Shown here: positions 36,028-44,969 of the stretch, in pieces
How positions within the stretch are numbered: the first letter of the stretch is position 1
Layout of the letters: every line of letters begins with the position of its first letter
Source of the DNA: an uncultured delta proteobacterium
GTDB lineage: Bacteria; Myxococcota_A; Polyangia; Fen-1088
Reading direction: 5' to 3'
Length of the DNA stretch: 64,000 nucleotides
NCBI GenBank assembly: GCA_963767925.1
Contig: CAVYGB010000006.1
Span: 64,001-128,000 of the forward strand
Translations under genes and position numbers: made by a program
The notes under the pieces: model-generated
The model's database searches: none
The model's input: the letters and a program-made list of their open reading frames with translations, nothing else
What the model was told of the DNA's origin: nothing

Positions 36028-37530
36028 ATGGACGGAAGACTTCGACCCTCAGGGCGTGTGGCGGCACTTGCGTTCGGTCTCATGGCCGTCGCGTCGTGCA
36101 GCGACCCCTTCGGGTTCGAGCCGACCCCGGTCGCCCCGGAGGGCGAGGAGGTCTGCCCGTCCAGCGACGAGTGGCTGCCCAGCACGCCGCCCGTCGACAT
36201 GTTCAAGCCGCTGCCCCACCCCTCCACCGAGTGCCCGTTCTACCGGGGCACCTGGCAGCAGTTCCTGATCGCCGCCCAGCCCGACGAATTGGGGCGGCCG
36301 GCCTTCCTCCAGTACCCCAACGTCGAAACCCTGTTTCAGCCGGCGCGCCCGCGCGGCCCGACCCGCTCCCTGCTCGGCGGCGTCAAGCAGGCCGGCGGGC
36401 GGCAGCTCCTGCTCGACCAGAACGGCCGCACGCTGTTTTACGGGATCCACACCAACCAGGCGTTCGCCGACTTCGTCAATCGCAACAACCTGCGCACGCG
36501 CGAGGGCATCGAGAGCGCCGACCCCAACCTGTTCTTCCCGGCCGGCGTGGTCACGTTCAAGTCGGCCTGGCAGGAGGTGGCCCCCAACGATCCGGCCAAC
36601 GCCACTTACATCACCGTGCGCACCACCGTGCCGCGCCTGCGCCAGCTCCCCACCGGCGAGATCGAGGAGGACCGGAACAGCCCGCGCGAGAGCACGGTCC
36701 GGCTGCTGGCCCTGCACGTGGTCTACACCCTCCCCGGCCACCCCGAGTTCATCTGGGGCACCTTCGAGCACACCAACGGCGCGCCCGACACGAGGATCGA
36801 AGACGGCCGGCGCAACGTGGCCCCGAGCGTCGCCTTCAACCCGGAGGCGACGGGCGGCGCCCGGGACGCGACGGTGATCTGCGCGGACGGGGCCCACCTG
36901 CTCTGCCGGCCGGGCACCACCGCCGGCGAGGCCAACCGCCCCATCGCCGACGCCATGCTTCGCTTCGACGAGCGGACCCAGTCGTTCCCCGGGCAGCAGA
37001 CCTCCGTGTACCGGATGTTCCCGGCCTCCAAGTCCCACACCATCGAGGCGGACGCCGCCTTGACCTCGCTGAACCACAACGTCGAGCAGCTCTTCGTCCA
37101 GGCCACGGCGGCCGGGCGGCTCTCGCCCTTCGACAAGCGGGGCTATTACCGGCAGGTGGGCTCGCAGTGGATGGACAAGCCCGCCTACTTCACCCTCAAC
37201 TCGCCCATCCAGAACGACGCCAGCAGCCCCTTCGCCCGTCAGCCCGGCTTCGCCGAGTCCATCCGCGAGCGGGGCGCCGACAGCGACTTCTCGATCCTGG
37301 CCGGTGAGGACCGCCTGTCGAGCACCGCCATGGAGTCGTTCACCCAGGCCGCCGACTCCTTCCCCAACTGCTTTTCTTGCCACAACACCCAGGCCATCAC
37401 GGCCCGGGGGGTCCCGCAGAACCGAGATTCGGGCGGCCAGATGCTCATGGCGCCCAAGCTGATCAACGTCAGCCACGTGTTTTCGGAGTTCTTGCTCTGG
37501 GAGCGCCTGGCCGCGAGCCAGGGCCAGTGA
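36028..37530 (+). CDS. lipoprotein with C-terminal c-type haem motif
   Basis: VASC lipobox; FKSAW, LHV, FIWGTFEH; CFSCH near the C-terminus; GGAG RBS. Confidence 0.8.
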   Translation: MDGRLRPSGRVAALAFGLMAVASCSDPFGFEPTPVAPEGEEVCPSSDEWLPSTPPVDMFKPLPHPSTECPFYRGTWQQFLIAAQPDELGRPAFLQYPNVETLFQPARPRGPTRSLLGGVKQAGGRQLLLDQNGRTLFYGIHTNQAFADFVNRNNLRTREGIESADPNLFFPAGVVTFKSAWQEVAPNDPANATYITVRTTVPRLRQLPTGEIEEDRNSPRESTVRLLALHVVYTLPGHPEFIWGTFEHTNGAPDTRIEDGRRNVAPSVAFNPEATGGARDATVICADGAHLLCRPGTTAGEANRPIADAMLRFDERTQSFPGQQTSVYRMFPASKSHTIEADAALTSLNHNVEQLFVQATAAGRLSPFDKRGYYRQVGSQWMDKPAYFTLNSPIQNDASSPFARQPGFAESIRERGADSDFSILAGEDRLSSTAMESFTQAADSFPNCFSCHNTQAITARGVPQNRDSGGQMLMAPKLINVSHVFSEFLLWERLAASQGQ

Positions 37531-37573
37531 GCCGACCGCGTCACCACCGTCGAGATCGAGGAGGACGATAATC

Positions 37574-38824
37574 ATGTTTCAAAGGCACCCCTGGGGGCGA
37601 ACGTTGCGAGCCGGCGCTGCGCTGGCGGCGGTGATGGTTTTGACTGCGCCCGGATCGAGCGCGGCAGCTCGGGAGAACAAGGCCTGCATGACGGCCTACA
37701 AGCGGGGCACCCAGCTCACCAAGGACGCCAAGTTCCACCTCGCCAAGGAGGCGATGACCGCCTGCACGAAGCTCACCTGCAGCGCGGCCCTCCGCAAGGA
37801 GTGCATGTCGAAGGTGGATCAGCTCAACCTGGACGCGCCGACCCTGGTGCCGGAGGTGACCGACGATCGCGGCCGCCCGGTGACCGACGTGCGCATCATG
37901 ATGGACGGCAAGCCCTGGGTCACCAAGGTCGACGGGCGGGCCATGCCCGTGGATCCGGGCCTGCACGTGTTCACCTTCGAATCGCGGGGGGTCGTGTTCG
38001 CCAAGGAGCGGATGGTCATCCTGCAGGGCCAGCGCAACCGGCCGATCTCGGCCTCCCTGGTCTGGGAGCGCAGCGGCCGCGAGCGCGACGCGGTGGACGA
38101 GCTGGGACCGCCGCCCGCCCCGCCCATGCGGCAGATCGCCCAGGAGCCGCCGCGCCGGCAGGCCCCGCCGCCCCCGCCCCCGGTGGTGCAGGCGCCCCCC
38201 CCGGCCCCGCCGCCCGCTCCGGTCGTCGTGCAGGCGCCACCCCCGCCTGCCCCGGTCGTCGTGCAGGCGCCGCTGGCCAAGGCGCCGCCGCCGCCCGCCC
38301 CGCTGGTGCAGCAGCCAGCGCTGGCCATGGCTGCGCAGGCCCAGGTGCCCCTCCCCGTCCCGATGGCGGCGATGCCGATGGCGGCCATGCCCATGGCGGT
38401 CCAGGTCCCGCTCGCCGCCGTCCCCGCCGCCGTGCCCATGGTGGCGACGCAGCCGGCGGCCCTGCCCGAGGAAGACTTCCGGGTGGCGCCCTACCTGACC
38501 GGGGCCCTCGGGCTGGTCGGCCTGGGCGGCACGGCCGCCCTGACCTACTGGGGCCGGCGCGACAACGCCCTGCTGAGCGACTGCGCACCGATGTGCTCGC
38601 AGTCGAGCGTCAACCACATCAAGAACCTCTACCTGGCGGCCAACATCTCCGCCGGCATCGGGGCCGCGGCCCTGGCCACCTGGGCCTACCTGGTGTTCAT
38701 CGCGCCGCCCTCCAAGGAGAAGGCCGCCGCCGCCCCCGCCCCGGCGGCGCCGGCACCCGCGGTGGGCTTCGGCCTGCAGCCCTTGCCCTCCGGAGCGTTC
38801 GCCGCGTTCTCCGGCTCCTTCTGA
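37574..38824 (+). CDS. secreted PEGA-like Pro-rich protein with C-terminal hydrophobic segments
   Basis: Signal peptide, Cys-containing helical region, DGRAMPVDPGLHVFTFE, Pro/Ala linker, C-terminal ...FSGSF; GGAGG RBS. Confidence 0.7.
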   Translation: MFQRHPWGRTLRAGAALAAVMVLTAPGSSAAARENKACMTAYKRGTQLTKDAKFHLAKEAMTACTKLTCSAALRKECMSKVDQLNLDAPTLVPEVTDDRGRPVTDVRIMMDGKPWVTKVDGRAMPVDPGLHVFTFESRGVVFAKERMVILQGQRNRPISASLVWERSGRERDAVDELGPPPAPPMRQIAQEPPRRQAPPPPPPVVQAPPPAPPPAPVVVQAPPPPAPVVVQAPLAKAPPPPAPLVQQPALAMAAQAQVPLPVPMAAMPMAAMPMAVQVPLAAVPAAVPMVATQPAALPEEDFRVAPYLTGALGLVGLGGTAALTYWGRRDNALLSDCAPMCSQSSVNHIKNLYLAANISAGIGAAALATWAYLVFIAPPSKEKAAAAPAPAAPAPAVGFGLQPLPSGAFAAFSGSF

Positions 38825-38865
38825 GCGAGTCTTCCGAGAGTCCAACCAAGCACGAGGAAAACCCC

Positions 38866-40053
38866 ATGTTCCACCGACTTCCTCTCGCTGTCCGCCTGGG
38901 TGGTGCGCTGCTGGCGCTCGGCTGCTACCAGGAGCTCAACCCGAACGCCGCCCAGAGCCCGACCGCCCCGACCCCGGGGCTCACCACCAACACGCGGACA
39001 CCGCCCATCGAGGTCGACTTCACCGGTCGGACCACCAACGACTCCTGCCAGGTCACGGTCGAGCAGGCCACGAAGATCCTCGAGGACAACTGCGCTGGCT
39101 GCCACAGCGGCCGGGACCTGAACGCCCGCCAGGGGCAGTTCGACTTCCTCTTCGACTTCGAGCGGCTCAAGGCGGCCCCGTCCTCGGTGGCGGATCTCCG
39201 CGACGCTGCCAAGAAGATGCGCTTCGCCGCCCCCGGTGATCCCGACAACTCCCGGGTCTACGGCCGGATCTCGCGGGGTGAGATGCCTCCCCCCGACGTG
39301 ATCGGGCTGGGGCCCCGGCCCCGCCCCACGGTCAGCGACATCTCGCTGCTGCGCCAGTGGATCACGGCCTGCATGGGCGGGCCCGCGCCACCCTCGCTGG
39401 GCGGGGCGATGCCGCCCCCGCTTCCGGGGCCGCCGCCGCCGCCGGGGATGGCGCCGGCTCCGCCCGCCCCCACCCCGCCGGCGATCGACCCGCCACCGGC
39501 GCCCCCCCCGGTGGTGGCCCCGCCCGCGGCCCCACCGGCGCCCCCCCCGGGCGGGGCGGGCGAGCTGACCCTCGACAGCCCCGCGCTCGAGGGCGGGATC
39601 ATGCCGATCGAGAGCAGCACCCCCCGCAACGAGTCGCCGGCCCTGAGCTGGCGCGGAGGCCCGTCCGGCGCGCGCAGCTACGCCGTGGCCCTGACCGGCG
39701 TGCAGAGCGAGATCGTGCTCTGGGTGATCTGGGATATCCCGGCCGGCACGACCGCCCTGCCCGCCAACATCGAGGAGAACGCCCGCCCGAGCAACCCGAT
39801 GGGCAGCCGGCAGCTCAACTACCAGGGTAACGAGGCGTACGTCGGCCCCTCGGCCAACGCCAACGCCGCGGCCCGCATGTACCGCTTCGACGTGTGGGCC
39901 CTCGACGTCGACACCCTCGACATCGGCGGGATCGGGGGCGGGGGCGGCAACGCCAACCAGGCCCGCACCGCCGCCATCGTGGAGGCGATCAAGGGAGCCG
40001 CCCTCCCCGACGGCACCGACACCGTCGTCGTGCGCGGCAACCGCGGCAACTGA
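38866..40053 (+). CDS. lipoprotein: cytochrome c-like domain fused to PEBP (YbhB/YbcL) domain
   Basis: LALGC lipobox; CAGCH...PGDPDNS...MPP...QWI; Pro-rich linker; NESPALSW, SYAVAL, WVIWDIPA, YVGP, YRFDVWALDV. Confidence 0.8.
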   Translation: MFHRLPLAVRLGGALLALGCYQELNPNAAQSPTAPTPGLTTNTRTPPIEVDFTGRTTNDSCQVTVEQATKILEDNCAGCHSGRDLNARQGQFDFLFDFERLKAAPSSVADLRDAAKKMRFAAPGDPDNSRVYGRISRGEMPPPDVIGLGPRPRPTVSDISLLRQWITACMGGPAPPSLGGAMPPPLPGPPPPPGMAPAPPAPTPPAIDPPPAPPPVVAPPAAPPAPPPGGAGELTLDSPALEGGIMPIESSTPRNESPALSWRGGPSGARSYAVALTGVQSEIVLWVIWDIPAGTTALPANIEENARPSNPMGSRQLNYQGNEAYVGPSANANAAARMYRFDVWALDVDTLDIGGIGGGGGNANQARTAAIVEAIKGAALPDGTDTVVVRGNRGN

Positions 40054-40089
40054 TCCGGCGCGGGACCCTCCCGGCGGGGGTCCCGCGGC

Positions 40090-41412
40090 TCAGGCCACCA
40101 GCCCGGGCAGGGGGGCCTTGCACCAGGTCGGCTCGCCGACGGTCGGGACGGTGAGGCCGAAGGCGCGGGACAGGGCGAGGTAGACGTCGTTGTGATTGGC
40201 CCCGGCGCAGTCGATGAGGCTGCCCGGGCGGAGGGCGCCGCCGCAGCGGCCGGCCAGGACCATGGGGGCGTTGTAGCGGGGGTGGTCTTCCCGGGCGAAG
40301 TTAACCTGGTTGGTGTTGCCATTCTGGGTGCCGAACACCACCACCGTGCTGTCGAGCAGGCTGCCGTTCCCCTCGCCCATCGCCCGCAGCTTCTCGACCA
40401 GGTAGACCACCTCGCCGGCCAGATAGGCCTGCATGCGGGTGATCTGCTGGCCGGGCAGGCCGGTGGGGTCACCGTGGGAGACGCCGTGCCAGTCCTTCAT
40501 GCCGATGAAGTCGACCGGCTCGGCGCTCTCGCCGCCACCCCACATCATGGAGATCACGCGGGTGAGGTTGCAGCCCAGAGCCAGGGCCATGACGTCCGAG
40601 AAGAGGCGGCTCACCTTCGGCATGTCGTTGACCCGGGCCACGAAGCTGGCCCCACCGGCGGGGGGCAACATCTTGCCGCAGGCGGGAGCGGCGGCCAGGT
40701 CGGCCGAGAAGTTGCCGAGCCCCTTCTCGAGATCGCGCACCGACTCGAGGTAGAGGTCGAGCTTGGGACGCTCGCCGCCGCCCAGCCGGGGGCGGAAGGT
40801 GGCGGCGTCGGCGCGCAGCGAATCGAGCAGGCTCTTGCGGGCCCGCAGGGCCCCGTCGGCCGAGACGACGTCCTTGGCCTGGGCGCCGGTGCTGACCCGG
40901 CTGGCCAGCCGCTGGTAGGCGGCCACCGGGTTGCGCTCGCCGGGCAGGAAGACGCCGTTGACCTGGGACAGCGAGGGGGCCACGCCGCCGCCGCCGCTGG
41001 TGAAGCCGATGGCCAGCTCCAGCGAGGGGACGGGCGTGGTGTGCTTGACCGACTCGGCCAGCACCTGGTCGAAGCTGGTGGTGCCGCCCGCCCCCAGGAC
41101 CGAATAGGTGGCGGCCTTGTGCGGGTTGCCCTTGCCGCGCTGGAGGGTGAGATCACGCAGGATGGTGATGTCCTTGCGGATGCTCTCGAAGGGGGCCAGG
41201 TGGGGGGTGAACGTGTAGCTGCTGCCCGCGCCCTGGGGCGTCCAGGCGTAGTTCGATCCGTTGGCGTAAAACAGGAAGACCGCCCGGGGGCGAGGCGGCG
41301 CCTCGGCGGCGCGCACCGTGCGCAGCAGGCCGGACAGCAGCACCGTGCCCGACCCGAGGCCGGCGAGCACCGAGCGGCGGGAGACGCGGTAAGGACGGGT
41401 CGTGCTTGCCAT
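40090..41412 (-). CDS. DUF1552-family protein
   Basis: VSRRSVLAGLG leader, SFDQ, KSLLD, KLDLYLESVRDLE, CNLTRV, WHGVSH. Confidence 0.88.
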   Translation of the reverse strand: MASTTRPYRVSRRSVLAGLGSGTVLLSGLLRTVRAAEAPPRPRAVFLFYANGSNYAWTPQGAGSSYTFTPHLAPFESIRKDITILRDLTLQRGKGNPHKAATYSVLGAGGTTSFDQVLAESVKHTTPVPSLELAIGFTSGGGGVAPSLSQVNGVFLPGERNPVAAYQRLASRVSTGAQAKDVVSADGALRARKSLLDSLRADAATFRPRLGGGERPKLDLYLESVRDLEKGLGNFSADLAAAPACGKMLPPAGGASFVARVNDMPKVSRLFSDVMALALGCNLTRVISMMWGGGESAEPVDFIGMKDWHGVSHGDPTGLPGQQITRMQAYLAGEVVYLVEKLRAMGEGNGSLLDSTVVVFGTQNGNTNQVNFAREDHPRYNAPMVLAGRCGGALRPGSLIDCAGANHNDVYLALSRAFGLTVPTVGEPTWCKAPLPGLVA

Positions 41413-41414
41413 GA

Positions 41415-43172
41415 TCAGTTCCTGCGCAGGAGAAAGCCCGGGGCCTGCACCACCGCGAGCATGAGCGCGTCGAGGCGGTGTCCGGAGTCGGCGAAGGCCC
41501 GCGCCACGACCCGCGCCTCGCAGGCGCTGACCTCGTGGGCGGTCCGGCCGGTGGCGAAGGTGAGGTATTGCCGGGAGAAGCAGTCCTGGGTCTCGGGTCG
41601 ATCGGCCAGGCGATCGATCAGCTCGACGAAATTGGCGAAGTGCACCTCCGCCCCGCCCGGCAGGGTCACCTTGCCCGAGGGGTCGATGGGCTTGTTCTTG
41701 TCGGTGCGGCGAAAGCGCCCGATGGCGTCGTAGCTCTCGAGGGCGAAGCCGATGCTGTCGAACAGGGCGTGGCAGCGCGAGCAGAAGGGGTTCGTCGCGT
41801 GCACGCTGAACTTCTCCCGGGCGGTCATGTCCTCGGTGATCTTGGCCTCGTCGAACTTGAAGTCGTCGGGCGGCTCGGGCACCTCGCCGCACAGGAGCTG
41901 CTCGCGGACCAGGCTGCCGCGGGCCACCAGCTTGGGCGTGTCGGGCCCGGCGTGGGCGGCCAGGAAGGCGCCCTGGGTGAGGATGCCCCGCCGCTCGCCG
42001 GGGTCGAGGGCCTGGCGGCGGAAGCTGTGGTCCTTCGTGCCGGTGGCGATCGACTTCTCGACGCCGGTGATCCCGGCGGGGACCGCCGGCGCCGGCGGAT
42101 CCTCGGGATCCTCGTCCGTCGCCTCCCGCTCGGGCGCAGGGGGGGCGGGCTGGCCGAGGCCATAGATGGGGGCGGTGCGGTCGTTGACGTAGCCCAGCGG
42201 CGCGGTCAGCAGCGTGCGCAGGCGCCGGTCGCTGCCCGGCGCGAAGGCCACCGCCTCGACGAAGCGCCGGTTCTCCTCCATGAGGTCGGCGGCGACCGCG
42301 CTGCCGTACATGGGGAACACCTTGCGGTCCTTGCGGGTGCGGGTGAGGTCCTCGATCTTGAGCCACTGGCGGACGAAGGCGGCGAACACCGGGGAGGCCC
42401 GGCGGGCCGAGCGCAGCAGCCGCGCGGCCTGGACGCGCAGCACCGGCGGTTCGCCGAGGCGGCCCAGCGCCGCCAGGTGCAGCAGGGTCTCGTCGGGGGT
42501 GCTGTCCCAGAAGAGATAAGACAGGGCCGCGGCCAGCTCGAAGTCGGTGAGGCGCACCACCCCGTCGGGCCCGGGCTGACCGCCGAGCTCGCTACGGAAC
42601 AGGAAGTTTGGCGACAGGAGCAGCGCCTGGATCAGGCTGTGCAGCCCGTGGCCGGGATCGGTCGCCGCGGCCGCAGTACGGTATACGGCCGTCAGGCGGG
42701 TGGTCTCCGCCTCGGTCACCGGCCGACGCCAGACGCGCAGGCCGAAGCGGGTGATGAAGTCGCGCAGGCAGGACCCCCGGCCGAGGGCCCCGATCGGACA
42801 GGGCAGCAGGGTGGCGCTGCGCCGGACCGCCTCCGAGGCGATCTCCTCGCTGATGGTGTGGTAGCGGTCCATCAGCAGCGGGGGCACGCCGAGCTGATCG
42901 GAGGCGTTGGCGAAGCTCTCCAGCCGCGATTCGGCCGGCAGCGAGTCGACCGCCACCCCGGCGAAGCCGAACAGGTCCTGCAGCGTGTTGCGCAACTGGG
43001 CCTGGGTGAGCCGCCACAGCCGCCGCTCGGGCAGGTCGGCCGCCGCGCAGCCGGCCAGCGGGTCGGCCGCGGCGACGGCGTCGGCCTCGACCGGACCCGG
43101 CATCCGGGCCACCGGCCGCACGCAGGCCAGAGCCGACAGCGCGGTACACACGAAGAGGGGGGTGCTTCTCAT
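41415..43172 (-). CDS. DUF1592-family protein with CxxCH
   Basis: WRLTQAQLRNTLQDL, LLSPNFLFRSE, ELAAALSY, CSRCH, GFALESYDAIGRFR. Confidence 0.9.
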   Translation of the reverse strand: MRSTPLFVCTALSALACVRPVARMPGPVEADAVAAADPLAGCAAADLPERRLWRLTQAQLRNTLQDLFGFAGVAVDSLPAESRLESFANASDQLGVPPLLMDRYHTISEEIASEAVRRSATLLPCPIGALGRGSCLRDFITRFGLRVWRRPVTEAETTRLTAVYRTAAAATDPGHGLHSLIQALLLSPNFLFRSELGGQPGPDGVVRLTDFELAAALSYLFWDSTPDETLLHLAALGRLGEPPVLRVQAARLLRSARRASPVFAAFVRQWLKIEDLTRTRKDRKVFPMYGSAVAADLMEENRRFVEAVAFAPGSDRRLRTLLTAPLGYVNDRTAPIYGLGQPAPPAPEREATDEDPEDPPAPAVPAGITGVEKSIATGTKDHSFRRQALDPGERRGILTQGAFLAAHAGPDTPKLVARGSLVREQLLCGEVPEPPDDFKFDEAKITEDMTAREKFSVHATNPFCSRCHALFDSIGFALESYDAIGRFRRTDKNKPIDPSGKVTLPGGAEVHFANFVELIDRLADRPETQDCFSRQYLTFATGRTAHEVSACEARVVARAFADSGHRLDALMLAVVQAPGFLLRRN

Positions 43173-43380
43173 CTTGCCTGATGCGGCGCCGATCGGTCAC
43201 GACGGTGTCGGACAGCCACTTTAACAACTGCTACACCGACGGAGCCAGAACCATTGGAGAGGGCTGTCTGTCCGACCGCCCTCCCGGGCCCGCCCGGGAT
43301 CTGGAAACCGCGCTTCCGTCGCGAAGCCACCGCGTCAGCGGGTTATCCCGGCAGGCCTGTAGGACCCGGCTGTACGCACC

Positions 43381-44273
43381 TTACCGGGCGCGGCCGCGGG
43401 GGGTGCGGCGGGCGGCGATGCGTTCGTCGGCGCCGGTCCAGCCGGCGTCGATGGGGAGGCCGGGCGCGTCGAGGTCGAGCAGCAGGGGCGCATGGTCCGA
43501 GGGGATGGGCGTGCCCTTGCGCGCCTCGCGATCGATCTCCGTCCAGACGGTGCGGGCGGCGACCGGCCCGGTGACCAGCAGGTGATCGATGCGCATGCCA
43601 AAGTTCTTGTGGAAGTGCCCCGCCCGGTAGTCCCACCAGGTGTAGCGCTCCCCCTCCGGGTGGTGCTGGCGGTAGGCGTCCTGCAGGCCCCAGCCCAGCA
43701 GCCGGGCGAAGGCCTCCCGCTCGGGCGGCGAGACGTGGGTGCCGCCGTGGCAGGCCTTCGGGTCCCAGACGTCGGCGTCGGTGGGGGCGACGTTCAGGTC
43801 GCCGCCCAGGACCAGCGGCTCGTCGACCGCGCAGGCGGCCGCCAGCCAGGCCGAGAGGCGGTCGAACCAGACCAGCTTGGCCCGGTAAAACGGAGAGTCG
43901 ACAACCCGCCCGTTGGGGGCATACAGCGACACGACCCGCAGCCCGCCCGTGCGCACGGCGATCATGCGCGCCTCGGCCAGCGGCTCGTCGTCGCCGGTCT
44001 CCCGGGTGCGGGGCGGCTGGCGCGGCTCGCCGAAGTTGCTGACCACGTCGGCGATGGGCGTCCGGCTGGCCATCGCCACCCCGTTCCAGCGCCCCTCGCC
44101 GTGGTGGGCGACCTGGTAGCCGAGCTCGCGAAACCAGTCGTGTGGGCAGGTCGGCGTCAGCCAGCTTGGTCTCCTGCAGCAGCAGCACGTCGGGCTGGGC
44201 CCGCTCGCAGCCACCAGGCGGCCTTCTCCAGGCGGGCCTTCAGCGAGTTCACGTTCCAGGTGGCGATGCGCAT
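43381..44273 (-). pseudogene. xth: exodeoxyribonuclease III with two +1 frameshifts near the 5' end (about 44207 and 44150; probably sequencing errors)
   Basis: MRIATWNVNSLKARL, LQETK, WNGVA, YAPNG, GDLNVAP, YTWWDYR, RIDH, SDHAP across three frames. Confidence 0.88.
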
Positions 44274-44311
44274 GCCGGCACTTTACCGCGCGAGCGCGCG
44301 CGGAGAACGCT

Positions 44312-44941
44312 TCAGGACCGGGGCGCCGGCCGGGGACGGCCGAGCGTGTCGAACAGCAGGCCGGCGATCTCCCGGGTCAGCGCCCCCTGCTCCCGGGTCC
44401 CGTCGAGCAGGCGCAGGCAAGGCAGCTCGAGCCCGCGGAAGATCGCCCGGGCCCGGGCCAGCTCCTCCGCCTGCTCGAAGGTGTCGGCGACGTCGCCCCG
44501 CGTGCGGATCCGCTCCAGCCCGACCTCCACCGGCACGTCGAGCACGATCAGGAGGTCCGGGGCGGGGGCGAAGGCGTTCTTCGCCAGCAGCTCGCCGGGG
44601 TCGAGCCCCCGGGCCCCCTGGTAGGCCACCGTCGAGAAGTAATACCGGTCGACAAGCACGACCTTCCCCGCGGCGAGGGCGGGCAGCAGCTCCTGATCCA
44701 CGTGTTCGCGGCGGTCGAGCAGGAACGCCTCCAGCTCCTCCTCCCGCGACAGCCGGCCGCTGCGGGCCGACTCCCGGATCTTGCGTCCCCAGACCCCGCC
44801 GGTCGGCTCCTTCGTGGCGAGGTACGGGACCCCCGCCTCGCGCAGCAACGCCTCCAGGCTGCGCACCTGGGTGGTCTTCCCGGCGCCGTCGATCCCCTCC
44901 ATGGCGAGGAGCAGCCCCGGTCGTTCAGGCGGCGAAGACAT
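44312..44941 (-). CDS. tmk: thymidylate kinase
   Basis: EGIDGAGKTTQ, KEP, DRREH, DRYYFSTVAYQG. Confidence 0.95.
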   Translation of the reverse strand: MSSPPERPGLLLAMEGIDGAGKTTQVRSLEALLREAGVPYLATKEPTGGVWGRKIRESARSGRLSREEELEAFLLDRREHVDQELLPALAAGKVVLVDRYYFSTVAYQGARGLDPGELLAKNAFAPAPDLLIVLDVPVEVGLERIRTRGDVADTFEQAEELARARAIFRGLELPCLRLLDGTREQGALTREIAGLLFDTLGRPRPAPRS

Positions 44942-44969
44942 CGCCGCCCAATCTACTTGGTCCGTCCGC

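Noticed and set aside
38100..38460. Pro/Ala/Met-rich repeats as a second peptide-precursor array
   Set aside because: Low-complexity linker inside a larger secreted protein, not discrete cassettes.
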